Assembly (NCBI GenBank): GCA_011364985.1
Contig: RDOC01000001.1
Coordinates: 32,001 to 96,000, forward strand
Source: Candidatus Thorarchaeota archaeon
GTDB lineage: Archaea; Asgardarchaeota; Thorarchaeia; Thorarchaeales; Thorarchaeaceae
Direction of reading: 5' to 3'
Length of the DNA: 64,000 nt
Part shown: piece after piece, positions 1 to 9,230 of the stretch
Position numbering within the stretch: position 1 is the stretch's first letter
Layout of the letters: each line of letters begins with the position of its first letter
Translations under genes and position numbers: made by a program
The notes under the pieces: model-generated
Told to the model about the DNA's origin: nothing
What the model saw: the letters and a program-made list of their open reading frames with translations, nothing else
The model's database searches: none

Positions 1-110
1 CTACACTCAGATCTACTCTCGGTTCCACACCCTTTGCATTCATGGTTCATAAGGTATCTACAAGAACCGCAATACAGCAGGCATGGAGTTGCCAATTCGT
101 CACCTGACAT
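1..110 (-). CDS. Cys-rich DUF3795-like small protein, runs off the left edge of the window
   Basis: Manual translation from ATG at 110 (SD AAGGAG upstream): MSGDELATPCLLYCGSCRYLMNHECKGCGTESRSEC..., a CxxxCxxC...CxGC pattern typical of DUF3795. Confidence 0.65.
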   Translation of the reverse strand, partial: MSGDELATPCLLYCGSCRYLMNHECKGCGTESRSEC

Positions 111-152
111 GGCCAAAACAATCTCCTTTTAGTTCTTGACTCAGATGTGTAT

Positions 153-449
153 CTACAATATCCTGAAGTAGACTCTTCGCTCTGTGCGCCATCGATTCAG
201 GTCAATCTTAAGCTGCTCGATCTTTTGCCTATCGGCGTAATAGAGCGGCTGTCTCATGTCCGCTAAATTGTCTTGCCTCTTACACAGGTCATGTTTCCGA
301 AGCTCCTTCAGAGCATGAGATATTGTCCGTAATGGGATGTTGGATTTCTCATGTAATCCGCTTGGAGTGAGGGGACCTTCACAGACCAGCTTTTCCAATA
401 TTATCATGGCACTGCGAGGAAGAGTTCCAATCTTCATTAGAACCACCAT
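153..449 (-). CDS. Small winged-helix (MarR/ArsR-like) transcriptional regulator
   Basis: GPLTPSGLHEKSNIPLRTISHALKEL helix-turn-helix followed by a wing with ADMRQPLY. Confidence 0.75.
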   Translation of the reverse strand: MVVLMKIGTLPRSAMIILEKLVCEGPLTPSGLHEKSNIPLRTISHALKELRKHDLCKRQDNLADMRQPLYYADRQKIEQLKIDLNRWRTERRVYFRIL

Positions 450-450
450 T

Positions 451-516
451 TTACACCTAACCAGTGTAACAATCTGCTAATAAATCATTCTGTTTTGTTA
501 CACTATTTCAGTGTAA
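451..516. promoter_or_regulatory. Two palindromic operators TTACAC-N7-GTGTAA (451-469 and 498-516) in the divergent promoter
   Basis: ttacac-ctaacca-gtgtaa and ttacac-tatttca-gtgtaa; they flank a minus-strand TATA-like TTTATTA (478-484) and sit just upstream of the plus-strand TTTTTAAG (522-529). Confidence 0.7.
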
Positions 517-550
517 ATATGTTTTTAAGGGGGCCTGAGGAAATAGAGAT

Positions 551-1381
551 ATGTCCGAAAGCAGAGAATGTCTAATCGAAACCCTCACCAACGAAATGAG
601 TTTGTCACCGTATGAAGCCAGAGCCTATGTGGCGGTCCTCTTCGATGGCCCATTATCTCCAAAGGGCGTGAATCAGAAAGCAGGTATACCTCGACCCAGA
701 ACCTATGACGTGTTGACAAGTCTTGTTGGTAAAGGGCTTCTTATGGAGCAGCCAGGCAAGCCTTCCAGATACCTAGCAGTTGACCCTCAGGCTGGATTGA
801 AGAAGCTCATGGAGGAAGAAGAAAAGAAAGTCCTTCGCCAGGTACAGCAAAAGTGGGGAGCAATTGAAGCTCTCATACCATCATTATCGGAGGCTTACTC
901 TATCTCACTCGATGCTGAGGCAAAGGAGGACTCGGTCTGGGTAGCAAGAAAGGATAGAGCGATGGTTGCAAAGTACACAGAAGCAATACGAAATGTAGAA
1001 ACAGAGTTCACACTGGCAACTGCTCTTCGAACACCTCCGACCAAGGATGTACTTGATGCCGTGAAGTATGCTCTGAAGCATGAGAAGACTTCCAGGGTAG
1101 TGCGACCCATAGAAGAGTCCTGGCCAAGGGAACATATCAAGGAATACTTGGACTTGATTCACACAGGTGATCAGATAAGGCGTCTTGATTACGATGGACT
1201 CTCATTCGCAGTATTTGACAGGCAAGAAGTTATCTTATGGATACCGCCTCACCCTTCGAAGTTGACAGTATGGATAAGGCTGCCCCAACTCGCCGACATT
1301 CTAATGGAGCGCTTTGAGAACCTATGGAAGATGGCCTCCCCTGCAGAGCCATATCTTGAGGAGCTGCTCAAGAGACCCTAG
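551..1381 (+). CDS. TrmB-family transcriptional regulator (wHTH + PLD-like effector domain)
   Basis: LSPYEARAYVAVL...AGIPRPRTYDVLTSLVGKGLL...GKPSRYLAVDP N-terminus; C-terminal FAVFDRQEV...FENLWK. Confidence 0.9.
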   Translation: MSESRECLIETLTNEMSLSPYEARAYVAVLFDGPLSPKGVNQKAGIPRPRTYDVLTSLVGKGLLMEQPGKPSRYLAVDPQAGLKKLMEEEEKKVLRQVQQKWGAIEALIPSLSEAYSISLDAEAKEDSVWVARKDRAMVAKYTEAIRNVETEFTLATALRTPPTKDVLDAVKYALKHEKTSRVVRPIEESWPREHIKEYLDLIHTGDQIRRLDYDGLSFAVFDRQEVILWIPPHPSKLTVWIRLPQLADILMERFENLWKMASPAEPYLEELLKRP

Positions 1382-1466
1382 AGATCCAAGAAGCATAGGT
1401 CTGTTCTGATGGATATGTGAACACAGCAACAGAGATGCTGTCGTTTCAGTCATTGGTGTTGTTGAT

Positions 1467-2255
1467 TTAGCTTCGATGAGCATCATTAAGAATTCGAATA
1501 GCCCGCAAAGCTGCTCTTGCCTGCACGCGACATGTTTCCGAATATACTTCATCCATGTAGGAAGCACTCCATCCTTTTGTCAGATCAATGTAAGGCTGAA
1601 AAAGCACCCCAATTGGTGTTTTGGTGACTCTCGCCAAGGAATAGAGTGCTGCTGCTTCGCCATTCTCCATTGATAAGCAGCCGCGATTTCTATAGTCCAT
1701 TGCTAGTTCTGGTGTAATGCGATAAAGTGCTTCACAGCTGCCCACAGCCCCTTGTTTCCAAGCAGCATTTGTTTCGTCTAGCGCCTGCGCCAAGGCTTCG
1801 AAAGCGCTGGATTCACAACCAATTTCCTCGTCACAATTCCCGTAGTGAATAGATGTGCCATCAATGCCGATGGCATTTGTCGGCAGATGTATCTCCCCTT
1901 TGTCCAAGTATTCAGGTCCTAGGCTCCATGATGCACAAAGGAGAAACAATGCTCGTGTTCCAAAATGAATCAACTCATGACACAAAGCAGCCAAAGGGGA
2001 TGCACCCATTGGTGGAATGACCAATGCCACTTTAATATCATCAAGATTTCCAATCAGCGAAACCAAGGGAGTGGAGTAGGGCGAGAAACGCCAACCTTCC
2101 CATTGCCACTCCTGCATTCCACATTGGCTACGAATCTCATCAAGGACTGCCTTGTTAAAGGTCAGGATTGTTACCTCTGGTACCCCGAGCTGAGACGCGG
2201 GAACCCCACGCAACTCAGCTTCTTTTCGAATTTGTTCAGGACGGATTAAGAACAT
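1467..2255 (-). CDS. Uridine/purine nucleoside phosphorylase family protein (divergent)
   Basis: MGASPL, GIDGTSIHY, EALYRIT and SMENGEAAALY motifs of the PNP_UDP fold. Confidence 0.75.
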   Translation of the reverse strand: MFLIRPEQIRKEAELRGVPASQLGVPEVTILTFNKAVLDEIRSQCGMQEWQWEGWRFSPYSTPLVSLIGNLDDIKVALVIPPMGASPLAALCHELIHFGTRALFLLCASWSLGPEYLDKGEIHLPTNAIGIDGTSIHYGNCDEEIGCESSAFEALAQALDETNAAWKQGAVGSCEALYRITPELAMDYRNRGCLSMENGEAAALYSLARVTKTPIGVLFQPYIDLTKGWSASYMDEVYSETCRVQARAALRAIRILNDAHRS

Positions 2256-2271
2256 AAGATCACCTCATTTA

Positions 2272-3078
2272 CTACAGAGAATCTATGGAAGATGAAAACA
2301 CAAGAGCACGGGTGTTCGGATAGTACGCCATACCATGCTGTTTGATCTGAGACCCGAATCGACTCATTAGCTCATCAAAGGAAATCGCCGTGACATCATA
2401 TTCTTTGAAGATGATTGGCGCCTGTTCGCAGGCAAACTGCAATTCTTCACTAGCTTGTTCAAAAGTCATCTTCTTCCTCACTTCAAAGACAGCTTCATCG
2501 ATCAATCGAAATCCATGCTCTGCAAAAGCATCGATATAGAACTCCTTTGGCAGATAGACTGCATTAAGGCCGATATTCGCCCATACTTCTTCAGCAATCC
2601 TCTCCTCAGGGGAATCGCCATATTCCACAACTGATATCTGCACTAGACCGCTGCGCTTGACAACACGAGACACCTCAGAAATAGCTGCAAGAAGCCCAGA
2701 TCTTCCTCTCGTCATCAATACGTCTTCTAAGCCAAGGAAGTTCACCGTTAGGTCGAAATACTCATCATCAAACGGGAGTTCTGTAACATCACATTCAGTA
2801 TATTGAATATTGTCCCACGTATTCGAAGGGTAAAGATTCGAGGATCTTAGACCAATAAAGCAATCCAAATCGCTCTTCAATCCTGTACCATGAATGGTGC
2901 AGCTGGGACACAGTTTAGCGACTTCGGCACTTAAATACCCATGACCAGCAAGTAGGTCCAAGACGATTTGACTGCCCCCTGATAGTCTTTCCTTGAACAG
3001 CAAAGCAATCTTCGTCCGGACATCCTCAAATTTGTTGAAGACTCGCTGATACTCTTCATCACTAAAATACGAAAACAT
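2272..3078 (-). CDS. Class I SAM-dependent methyltransferase
   Basis: VLDLLAGHG motif I, DVTELPFDDEYFDL, EVSRVVKRSG; start placed after SD GGAGGA. Confidence 0.85.
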   Translation of the reverse strand: MFSYFSDEEYQRVFNKFEDVRTKIALLFKERLSGGSQIVLDLLAGHGYLSAEVAKLCPSCTIHGTGLKSDLDCFIGLRSSNLYPSNTWDNIQYTECDVTELPFDDEYFDLTVNFLGLEDVLMTRGRSGLLAAISEVSRVVKRSGLVQISVVEYGDSPEERIAEEVWANIGLNAVYLPKEFYIDAFAEHGFRLIDEAVFEVRKKMTFEQASEELQFACEQAPIIFKEYDVTAISFDELMSRFGSQIKQHGMAYYPNTRALVFSSSIDSL

Positions 3079-3171
3079 CACGTATCCTCCGATTCTCTTC
3101 AATCAATTTATGAATTGCTAACTGACGACTAGAAAACCAATTATAGTCATAGCGCCTAGGCATGGACTTTT

Positions 3172-4875
3172 TCAAAAATCGACCTCCTTGATTTTTCTTT
3201 TCCTCACCATTACGAAGACAACAAATGCAAGTACTGATACGATCAGAGAGCCAGTTAATACTTGCCATACAATGAGAGTTAGAGTGCTTTGCTCAATCTG
3301 ATTGTGGATATTCATCAGTGACTGAATAGCGACTGTGTAATCCCAATTATAGAAGCTTTCAGTGCTCTGTATGAAATCCGCCAGAAGGGAATCGCTGACA
3401 GATTCGGACTCCATCAGAAGAGATCTGGTGAGATTGAAGTAAGACAGATAGCTCATTCTGGCACGTGCATCTCTGCAGTATGAGCAGAAGTCTGAACACA
3501 AGGCACTCATAGAACAAAGTGTTTTGGCGAATATTGTCCCTAGAGAAGCATGATGGGAAAGACTGAGCCAATGGCCTATCTCATGACGCAGTAGATTGGT
3601 GAGGTATATCGATCCGACTTCACCCATCTCGTTAACGACGCTTCTATGAACTCCCATGATAACAATGCCATGGCTGAATAAACATAGACCTGCACCCATG
3701 CCTGCAACCCCAGCAAACGTTGTGTTTTCAGGCATGATAAGCATAGCAACGTGTATTTTCGACTTGTCACCCAAGTTGGTTCCGGGAAAGTAGTCTTGCA
3801 GCTTCCCAGATAGATACTCATTGATTGGGTCGGTCTCTCTCCAATCCCATACAACATTAGAATCAGAGAGGATGCTCTCTTTTGTGCCATTCGGGCATTG
3901 CCATGTGTAATTCAATGGCCCATACGGACTTAATGTCCTACTTGAGAGTAGGCTTCTAACTTCAGCATCCAGTTCGTGGTATCTTATTGACAAATCCCAT
4001 GTGGTCCATGGCATCAGACTCAGAAAGGATTGTGTCAGACCTTCGAAGCAAGGACTACATTCTGATTCTGTGAGAACTAAAACATCAATATTGTAGTTCT
4101 CATACATTTGGCGATCAGCTTCGATCATTTCTGATTCCTCTGCACCAAGAAGGTCGCGAAACATCTCCGGAATAGATGACTTTAGGAGATCAATAGCAGT
4201 AGCGGTCAGGGCTGATTTCGTTATGCCATTATACACAATAGAAGATATGTCAAAGAATATCGCCCGACTTAGTCCACCAAACTTTGAGGTGCATTCCCAT
4301 ACCTTCGTGACTGAATCATCGAAGAAGTCAATCCTGCCCAATAGCAATTCTGGCTCTTGATCCACATAGAACCAAGAGTGGTTGTTTAGGAATGAAGGAA
4401 GACAGATGAACGATAGAAGATAACCTCTTGCTGGTATTACCGATAGGTCATTCATACGTTCATCTAGAAGCGTTGAATTGAGGTAGAGCAGCCCATCGAT
4501 TTCGTGTGAATTTGAGGACAATTCAAGCGCAACTTCATCAGGAAAATCAGTGAATGAGAAAGAATAGTCCAAGCTCCAGTTTATGGATGATTCGCTACAG
4601 AACTGAGTACAAGAATCAGGCAATTCTTCTGCAATCAGAAGTTCATCAACGAACGTTTCATTGATCCCTTGGAACAGTATCCTAATCTCAGCCGTCTGAT
4701 TCATGTCCAAGGCAGGCAAGTCCGTATTCTCAGACGTAGAACAGGATAAAGCACTGAATTGAGCAGGTCTCATATGACATGCGGGTTCGAGAAGAAGTAA
4801 CATGGTCAGAATCAAGAACACGAATGATGTCTGCAATCCACGATCCATTTTCTTGTTCAACTCGTAGCTTAACAC
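3172..4875 (-). CDS. Secreted, C-terminally anchored zinc metallopeptidase (archaemetzincin-like catalytic motif)
   Basis: N-terminal signal-like helix; HEIGHWLSLSH...CSM...FCSYC; C-terminal TM followed by RKRK. Confidence 0.7.
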   Translation of the reverse strand: MLSYELNKKMDRGLQTSFVFLILTMLLLLEPACHMRPAQFSALSCSTSENTDLPALDMNQTAEIRILFQGINETFVDELLIAEELPDSCTQFCSESSINWSLDYSFSFTDFPDEVALELSSNSHEIDGLLYLNSTLLDERMNDLSVIPARGYLLSFICLPSFLNNHSWFYVDQEPELLLGRIDFFDDSVTKVWECTSKFGGLSRAIFFDISSIVYNGITKSALTATAIDLLKSSIPEMFRDLLGAEESEMIEADRQMYENYNIDVLVLTESECSPCFEGLTQSFLSLMPWTTWDLSIRYHELDAEVRSLLSSRTLSPYGPLNYTWQCPNGTKESILSDSNVVWDWRETDPINEYLSGKLQDYFPGTNLGDKSKIHVAMLIMPENTTFAGVAGMGAGLCLFSHGIVIMGVHRSVVNEMGEVGSIYLTNLLRHEIGHWLSLSHHASLGTIFAKTLCSMSALCSDFCSYCRDARARMSYLSYFNLTRSLLMESESVSDSLLADFIQSTESFYNWDYTVAIQSLMNIHNQIEQSTLTLIVWQVLTGSLIVSVLAFVVFVMVRKRKIKEVDF

Positions 4876-4937
4876 GACTTATCTGATAACCAAGCAGCAG
4901 AGTCAGCTTCTCTTGAGAGACCAACGGCTTTTCATCT

Positions 4938-5534
4938 TATTCGGAACCAGCTGGCTCGACGCTGGAGGAAACTGAACGTCTTAAAAGCAGTGACATCTCA
5001 GCATATTACACAAGACAAGTGATGCCAATATGGGAGAGGAATATGAGCGTGTCGCAGAAATCATATATGGCTTTCACTCCGGGGATTATTAGAGCAGTGG
5101 GTAAGATACAGGTAGATAGTGCAATGACATCAATGCATATGACAGCTATCCCAAGCTTGGATACAAGAATCTGAAATCTTGTAAGAGGATATGATGCGAG
5201 AGTCTTTATGAAACCATTTTGGAGAGAGCCAGCAAAGCTGTAAGCTAGAATCGTAGGGAGAATAAATGCAACAACTATAACTGCCATGTTGAATGCTGTA
5301 AGAATACAATTCGTTGAAGCATTACGCAATATCTCCGAGTATGCCTCTATTGCCACAGGTCCATGCAATATAGGATCTTGAGAAATAACTAGGGGGATTC
5401 TGTTTAGACTCCCGAAGACCACAGTAGTGCCCATCATGAAAAACACCAAAAATGCTTTCCAGCCACGGAAAATGATAATACATTTCTCCTTCTGCTCTGA
5501 TAGTCCAATACCATCTCTTCAATCTATTACTCAT
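4938..5534 (-). pseudogene. ABC-2 type transporter permease, disrupted
   Basis: ATG at 5534 overlaps the end of the ATPase gene; MSNRLKRWYWTIRAE...WLESI needs a +1 shift in a T5 run (~5448-5452) to join LVFFMMG...AGSLQNGFIKTLASYPLTRFQILVSK; in-frame TAA at 5006-5008, then apparent truncation. Confidence 0.7.
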
Positions 5535-6447
5535 TTGAAATGGCCTCCCGAAATGCATCTGTAAGAGAATCCGCGCGTTCAAAAGAGTATACCTTGATTC
5601 CATTTCGTCTAGCAATCTCTTGAATACCCTTTTCTGCACTTTCGATTTCTTCAGGAGCAATTCTCATTCTAATTGAATTTGCGCCTGTGATTTCTGCTGA
5701 TTCATACCGTTTCGTTGAACGAAGGGATGCGAAGAGCTGTTGTGCATCTGATGTGATGACTTTGTAGACACCTAGGGTTAGCTTGTCAACTGTTTCTGGA
5801 AGTGGTCCTCCGCTGACCAAACGTCCCTTGTTGATAATAGCAATATCATGACATAAGGTTTCAAGCTCGGACAGTATATGGGAAGTGACAAAGAAAGAAA
5901 CGCCGGAGTCATTATGAAGCTCTACGATAAGTTTGATAACCTCCTCTCGTCCTACAACATCTAGATTAGCAGTCGGCTCGTCTAGGAATACAAGGTCAGG
6001 ACATCCTATCAAAGCTTGAGCGATTCCCAAACGCTGAAGCATTCCTGCTGATAGTTTTCCAATCAGTCGATCTTCCGCATCGTAAAGACCAACCTCTTTC
6101 AATATGTGTGAGATATTTTCAGTGCTCTGATAAAATCCGCGGATATAGTTTAGATACCTGTGTGGTGTAAGTGTGCTTGGATAAGACGGCTTCTCATGAA
6201 GAACTCCGATTCTCTCTTTGACATCAAGAAGATTCTTTGAGATATCGAAGCCAAGAACATGAGCTGTGCCTTCATCAGGTTTGATTAGACCAAGAAGAAT
6301 CCGCAGCAGAGTCGTTTTCCCAGCACCATTAGGTCCGATTAGTCCGAATATTCCTCGTTTGACAGAGAAGCTTACATCAATCAGTGCTTCAACATCCTCA
6401 AAGGATTTTGATATGTTGGAAATTGAGATAATACTATCAGTGCACAT
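5527..6447 (-). CDS. ABC-2 type transporter ATP-binding protein
   Basis: Walker A GPNGAGKTT, signature LSAGM, Walker B VFLDEPT, H-loop TSH. Confidence 0.95.
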   Translation of the reverse strand: MCTDSIISISNISKSFEDVEALIDVSFSVKRGIFGLIGPNGAGKTTLLRILLGLIKPDEGTAHVLGFDISKNLLDVKERIGVLHEKPSYPSTLTPHRYLNYIRGFYQSTENISHILKEVGLYDAEDRLIGKLSAGMLQRLGIAQALIGCPDLVFLDEPTANLDVVGREEVIKLIVELHNDSGVSFFVTSHILSELETLCHDIAIINKGRLVSGGPLPETVDKLTLGVYKVITSDAQQLFASLRSTKRYESAEITGANSIRMRIAPEEIESAEKGIQEIARRNGIKVYSFERADSLTDAFREAISNE

Positions 6448-6857
6448 TAATACAGACCCTCTACGAATTGATTTCGAATATCTTGCAACTAAGTGATTTG
6501 TCAACTGCATTGGCTTATTTAGATATTCTCAAAAAAAGGAGAAGGAATTTCCTCTTCCAGAAATATCCGAGATGTCATCAATAGCTTTCTCAGGAAACTG
6601 AATCCACTTCAAGACGAGCTGGATAATCAATGCTAGTATGTGTAGAATCTTGACAGATCATACCTCCAGTTCCTGCTTGGCAAACGAGCACAACCCCAAA
6701 TTATTTCACATTACTATAAGAGGTTCCAAAGTAATGTTCAAGGGTGCCGGAGAAGCTCTTGTGTGCTGTTGGTGATTTTGAATACAGGGAACCATTGACA
6801 TCACCATGCTTCAAAGGGTTCTTAAGAAAGCAATTGAGACCACGCCAAGAGTCGAGT

Positions 6858-8249
6858 ATGATAGAGAATGCCAGTCGCGATGCTGTAAAAAGAGCCGCTG
6901 CATTATCGGTCCTTGCAGCTTTGTTCCTTGCTCTGGCCAAACTAATAGTGGGTATTCTGTCCAATTCCATAGGCATTATCTCTGAAGCATTGCACAGCGG
7001 ACTGGACTTTGTAGCTGCTGGTATCACATTCATTGCAGTGCGAAGCGCTTCAAAAGAACCAGATGAGGACCATCAATTTGGCCATGGAAAAATCGAAAAC
7101 TTCTCTGCACTTGTTGAAACCATAATTCTATGGATCACCTGTATCTGGATTGCTTGGGAGGCACTAAGGAGGATTCAATTTCAGGAATGGGCAGAGCCAA
7201 CTCTTGTCGGAATTGGGCTGATGGCACTTGGCATCTTGGTCGATTACGAGCGAAGCAGAATGCTGTACAAGACAGCAGTAGAGCACAATAGTCAGGCACT
7301 CGAAGCCGATGCGCTTCATTTCAGTACTGACATGCTTAGTTCTGCGGTTGTTTTGGTCGGTCTTGGATTCGTTTGGTTCGGTTTTCCTTTGGCAGATCCA
7401 TTGGCAGCACTCGGAGTGTGCTTAGTAATTCTCGTCGTCTCATATCGATTGGCCAGACGTGCATTTGATGCCCTCATAGATAGGGCACCAGAAGGTATCT
7501 ACAAGGAAATCCAAGAAGTATGTGAAAGCGTGCCAGGTGTGTTGAATTGCAAGATGGCAAGAACCAGAGTTTCCGGACACCACACTTTCATGAACGTCGT
7601 GATCAGCGTCAGCAGAAATGCCTCCGTCGATGAAGCACATAATATTGCAGACTCCGTCGAATTCGCTCTCTCAAAGCTTGGCACCAATGTTGATGTCATG
7701 GTTCATATCGAGCCATCAGGAAAGAAAGACCAAGCATCAGAAGAGATTAGTGCATATAACATACTGAGGGACTTGGTGAAGCTCCATCCCGAAGTGATTG
7801 GGGTGCATAACATTCGTATTCATGTAAGTCACCAGAAGATGCACATTGCTGCCGATCTGGAAATGCACTCTGCACTCACTTTGGGCGAGGCCCATGACGT
7901 ATCGGACCACATCGAGAAAGGACTCGCCGAGAGAATTCCTAGACTGGAAAAAGTGACCTTTCATCTCGAGGATGGGGAGCCACAAGATCAGATTATTGAC
8001 GTGACAGCGTTGCACAATGAGTTGGCAGAGGAGATCAAGCAGTTAGTGGAGTCCGAAACACCCGCCAGAGATTGTCATGGAGTAGTCATAACGGATGATA
8101 ATACAGGCTTGACAGTTTCACTTGACTGTCGCGTTGATCCTACTATGCCACTTGGAAAAAGCCATAATATTGCCGAGCTTGTTGAATCGACAATAAAGAG
8201 CTCATTCAATAATGTAACCAAAGTCTTTGTTCACATTGAGCCCGAATAA
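6858..8249 (+). CDS. Cation diffusion facilitator (FieF-like) with three tandem C-terminal ZT_dimer domains
   Basis: SEALHSGLD, HQFGHGKIE, ADALHFSTD; three repeats of (A/S)H(N/D)(I/V)...(V/F)H(I/L)E. Confidence 0.92.
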   Translation: MIENASRDAVKRAAALSVLAALFLALAKLIVGILSNSIGIISEALHSGLDFVAAGITFIAVRSASKEPDEDHQFGHGKIENFSALVETIILWITCIWIAWEALRRIQFQEWAEPTLVGIGLMALGILVDYERSRMLYKTAVEHNSQALEADALHFSTDMLSSAVVLVGLGFVWFGFPLADPLAALGVCLVILVVSYRLARRAFDALIDRAPEGIYKEIQEVCESVPGVLNCKMARTRVSGHHTFMNVVISVSRNASVDEAHNIADSVEFALSKLGTNVDVMVHIEPSGKKDQASEEISAYNILRDLVKLHPEVIGVHNIRIHVSHQKMHIAADLEMHSALTLGEAHDVSDHIEKGLAERIPRLEKVTFHLEDGEPQDQIIDVTALHNELAEEIKQLVESETPARDCHGVVITDDNTGLTVSLDCRVDPTMPLGKSHNIAELVESTIKSSFNNVTKVFVHIEPE

Positions 8250-8267
8250 GAAAGAAGATGAGGAGTT

Positions 8268-9074
8268 TCATCCTCTTCTTCTGCGAATGACAAATGCAAG
8301 AATAGCAACCACCACTCCTATTCCTGCAATTGTCGAAATGAGGAGAATTGTTGGAACTTTGGGCATTAGCCAGCTATTCCAAGGATCATTATTGATATCA
8401 ACATCGTAAGAGACCAGTTTATCCCAACGATCGTCCTGCTGGGGATAGTAGTATTGAATTGCCCCAACGTTTGGAGCATACCAAACCCAGAAACTGACAA
8501 ATCCATCGGGTGTGAGTTCCTCCTCGTGAATCATGATGCAATTCTCGAAGGTCCCGGCGGGAGTTGTCACATCTTCAATTGCCTCGATGGTATAGTTGGC
8601 TGAGAATGGCACATCTTGGATGACTGTTCCATCAGCCTTAAGGACAAGAGCACCAATTGTGGATCCATGATGAGCTGCACCAACCTTCACTGGTTCAGTA
8701 ACATAGTTTAGAGGACTGGAACATAGAATCTGGGCATTTGAATCTTCAAAGCCCCACCATAGGAGCGTATCATCGCTCTTTGATAGCCACATCTGAGTGA
8801 CCCATGTGTATTCGGTCTCTCCAGGCAACATGTGAGTCTCGCACCAATGAACCGTGAAGATTCCATATGGTCCGCCCAAGAACTCCCATTCTGGATCTAT
8901 GATGCGTTGGGTCATCCAAGAGCCTTCATCATTGGTCGAGTTGTAGATGAGCGAGCTGCCCGGCGCAAGTGGGAAGTATTGCATTTCAAGAGCTGCAACA
9001 GGTGCTGTTGGTACCGATAAAGCAAGGACCAGCATGAAACTGGCTAGCGACAAAGAGAGAATTCTGTAGTGCAT
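8268..9074 (-). CDS. Secreted protein with C-terminal membrane anchor (DUF3108-like beta fold)
   Basis: Signal peptide, YFPL, EDVTTPAGTFENC, WYAPNVG motifs; TM followed by RRRR. Confidence 0.65.
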   Translation of the reverse strand: MHYRILSLSLASFMLVLALSVPTAPVAALEMQYFPLAPGSSLIYNSTNDEGSWMTQRIIDPEWEFLGGPYGIFTVHWCETHMLPGETEYTWVTQMWLSKSDDTLLWWGFEDSNAQILCSSPLNYVTEPVKVGAAHHGSTIGALVLKADGTVIQDVPFSANYTIEAIEDVTTPAGTFENCIMIHEEELTPDGFVSFWVWYAPNVGAIQYYYPQQDDRWDKLVSYDVDINNDPWNSWLMPKVPTILLISTIAGIGVVVAILAFVIRRRRG

Positions 9075-9230
9075 CGTTCGTTCACTGAGAATTCGGCGGG
9101 CATCAAAGCCAAGAAAAAGATTAGTCCTACGTATTCTTGGTTTCTTAGAAGAAGGAGTCATCTTGACATTGTCCTCTTGTATGGAGTACCTTCTATCCGT
9201 GCAGATTGCCACAAAGACGATAAGTCAGGA

